Source of the DNA: Podarcis filfolensis
Lineage: Eukaryota
Reading direction: 5' to 3' (one strand)
Length of the DNA stretch: 64,000 nucleotides
NCBI GenBank assembly: GCA_964270895.1
Contig: OZ185436.1
In this document: one piece after another, positions 63,506-64,000 of the stretch
Layout of the letters: the number at the start of each line of letters is the position of its first letter
Position numbering within the stretch: position 1 is the first letter of the stretch
Notes under the pieces: model-generated
Database searches by the model: none
What the model was told of the DNA's origin: nothing
The model's input: the letters and a program-made list of their open reading frames with translations, nothing else
Program-made: the position numbers and the translations under genes

Positions 63506-64000
63506 TTCCCCTGTTAATAGGAAATGTGTATAGGATCAGCCTGCCTTTTCAGCCAAGCGCCGTGTTTGGATGTTCTAATGCAGGGATCACCACCCATGGG
63601 TGCCATGCTTTCCTTGGTGCCCCTGGAATGAAGCGCAGATTTCCCAGATTTCATGGTTTTTTACTAAAGTAAGTTTGTCATTTTTGGAACCTGAGATTTG
63701 AGGCAAAGCATGCAAACACCATTCTTCTCATTTTGTTTGTGAGAAATTCACCTCCTCCACCCTTTCAATGTTTTATTTTGCCCCACCCCAGGAAAAATAC
63801 CCACCCTAAGAAAATATCTGAGGATGCTCATGTGAGAGAGAGGGAAGGCTGCACTAGAAAGAAAGAGGGATGGGGCGGGGGAAGTTAAAAGAAGTGGAAA
63901 TAAACTATCTCTTTGTAGACTTTTGCTGTGCTTCTCAGTTAGCAGGCTTCTTATTTTTTTACCCAAATGCTCGCTTAGACACTTAAATATATTAGTCTAC

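Noticed and set aside
61700-64000. Exons of a neighbouring gene or a divergent transcript upstream of FLNB
   Set aside because: Only SINEs and unremarkable sequence; no coding exon recognised.
1-64000. Remaining short ORFs in the ORF track; CRISPR arrays, rRNA, snoRNA or prokaryotic systems
   Set aside because: This is vertebrate intronic DNA. The short ORFs are chance frames or exon and TE shadows, and I saw no repeat-spacer array or structured RNA gene.

Overview
Squamate genomic DNA, probably from a lacertid lizard (inferred from Sauria-type SINEs, CR1/L2 LINE tails, and hAT and Tc1/mariner MITEs). The window holds the 5' two-thirds of filamin B (FLNB) on the minus strand. There is a CpG-island promoter at about 60.0-61.7 kb, then coding exon 1 and a 25.8-kb first intron. 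Coding exons 1-28 (4861 nt, ABD plus Ig repeats to about repeat 14/15) splice into one continuous reading frame, and the gene continues off the left edge. All introns are GT-AG except intron 12, which is GC-AG. A frame-preserving 93-nt cassette exon lies between exons 25 and 26, with QKI and RBFOX motifs around it. The most unusual items are: (1) an 816-bp solo LTR with a perfect 5-bp TSD whose U3-like region is almost entirely one intact 221-codon ORF; (2) an in-frame upstream AUG adding a 61-aa Gly/Ser/Gln/His-rich N-terminus, preceded by a textbook branch point and 3' splice site, which hints at an FLNA-like gene start; (3) inverted SINEs bracketing exons 11-18; (4) a 90-bp direct duplication flanking a 340-bp segment. 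Exon identities come from my own translation and my recall of human FLNB. TE family names are from recall, not database searches.
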